Shown here in pieces: positions 56,806 through 57,130 of a DNA stretch of 57,130 nucleotides (position 1 is its first letter; each line of letters opens with the position of its first letter). The stretch covers positions 1-57,130 of the forward strand of contig JAUPTX010000004.1 of assembly GCA_030917865.1 (NCBI GenBank), written 5' to 3'. The notes below the pieces were generated by a model. The model saw nothing but the letters and a program-made list of their open reading frames with translations, made no database searches and had not been told where the DNA came from. The stretch is from Patescibacteria group bacterium (lineage in GTDB: Bacteria; Patescibacteriota; Minisyncoccia; Phycocordibacterales; CSBR16-119). Made by a program: the position numbers and the translations under genes.

Positions 56806-57130
56806 ATGAAAAACATAATTTTAGCAATACTTGGAATAGGTTTTATGGTTTTGGTTGTTATGATTTTTGGTAAAGATCAAAATCAAGAAACACAAACAGG
56901 TGGCATGACTACAAACGGCCCAGTTTTAGCTCTTTCAGAATCTGTCTGGGTTTGGGACAAGACTTTGATGAATGATGACACAACCATAATTCCTCAAAAA
57001 TCTGGAGCTTTCAGTATTTCATTTACTAAAGATGGAAATGTTTCTGGTACAACTGATTGTAATGGTTTTTCTGGAACATATACATTGTCAGGAGAAGGTG
57101 TTCTAACCTTTGGACCAATAGCTTCTACAA
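56806..57130 (+). CDS. META (HslJ-like) domain protein, 3'-truncated
   Basis: N-terminal TM; FSISFTKDGNVSGTTDCNGFSGTY..LTFGPIAST; runs off window. Confidence 0.8.
   Translation, partial: MKNIILAILGIGFMVLVVMIFGKDQNQETQTGGMTTNGPVLALSESVWVWDKTLMNDDTTIIPQKSGAFSISFTKDGNVSGTTDCNGFSGTYTLSGEGVLTFGPIAST

Noticed and set aside
1-57130. Alternative genetic code (UGA=Gly as in Gracilibacteria/Absconditabacteria)
   Set aside because: Core genes are uninterrupted under code 11, and TGA serves as a stop (for example 31847, 32475).

Overview
AT-rich bacterial chromosome segment that uses the standard genetic code and largely lacks Shine-Dalgarno motifs. Its gene repertoire is typical of Patescibacteria/CPR (Parcubacteria-like): ftsA-ftsZ, priA, mreB, holB, frr, rseP, mltG, mnmA, a short alaS, the infA-rpmJ-rpsM-rpsK-rpsD-rpoA-rplQ-rplM-rpsI block, a PIF1-like helicase, a PaaX-like regulator, grpE-dnaK-dnaJ, cysS, corA, rplU, recR, dnaB, trpS and a DEAD-box helicase. 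The main unexplained signal is about 16 dispersed, self-contained expression units. Each has a sigma70 promoter (TTGACA-N16/17-TAnnnT where visible), an A/C-rich leader, an orphan ORF that is usually visibly GC-richer, and a long GC-rich terminator hairpin. Three of these ORFs carry Bacteroidota-style signal peptides ending in A-Q. Other notable features are a cyclodipeptide synthase inserted between dnaK and dnaJ, a crtE-crtB-crtI carotenoid operon, a ~160-nt rod-like structured intergenic element after rpsI, an ORF-less promoter-hairpin-terminator unit, and repeated loss of zinc ligands in L36, RecR, PriA and DnaJ. No rRNA, tRNA, CRISPR array, transposase or integrase was seen. All assignments come from motif recognition by eye, not database searches.
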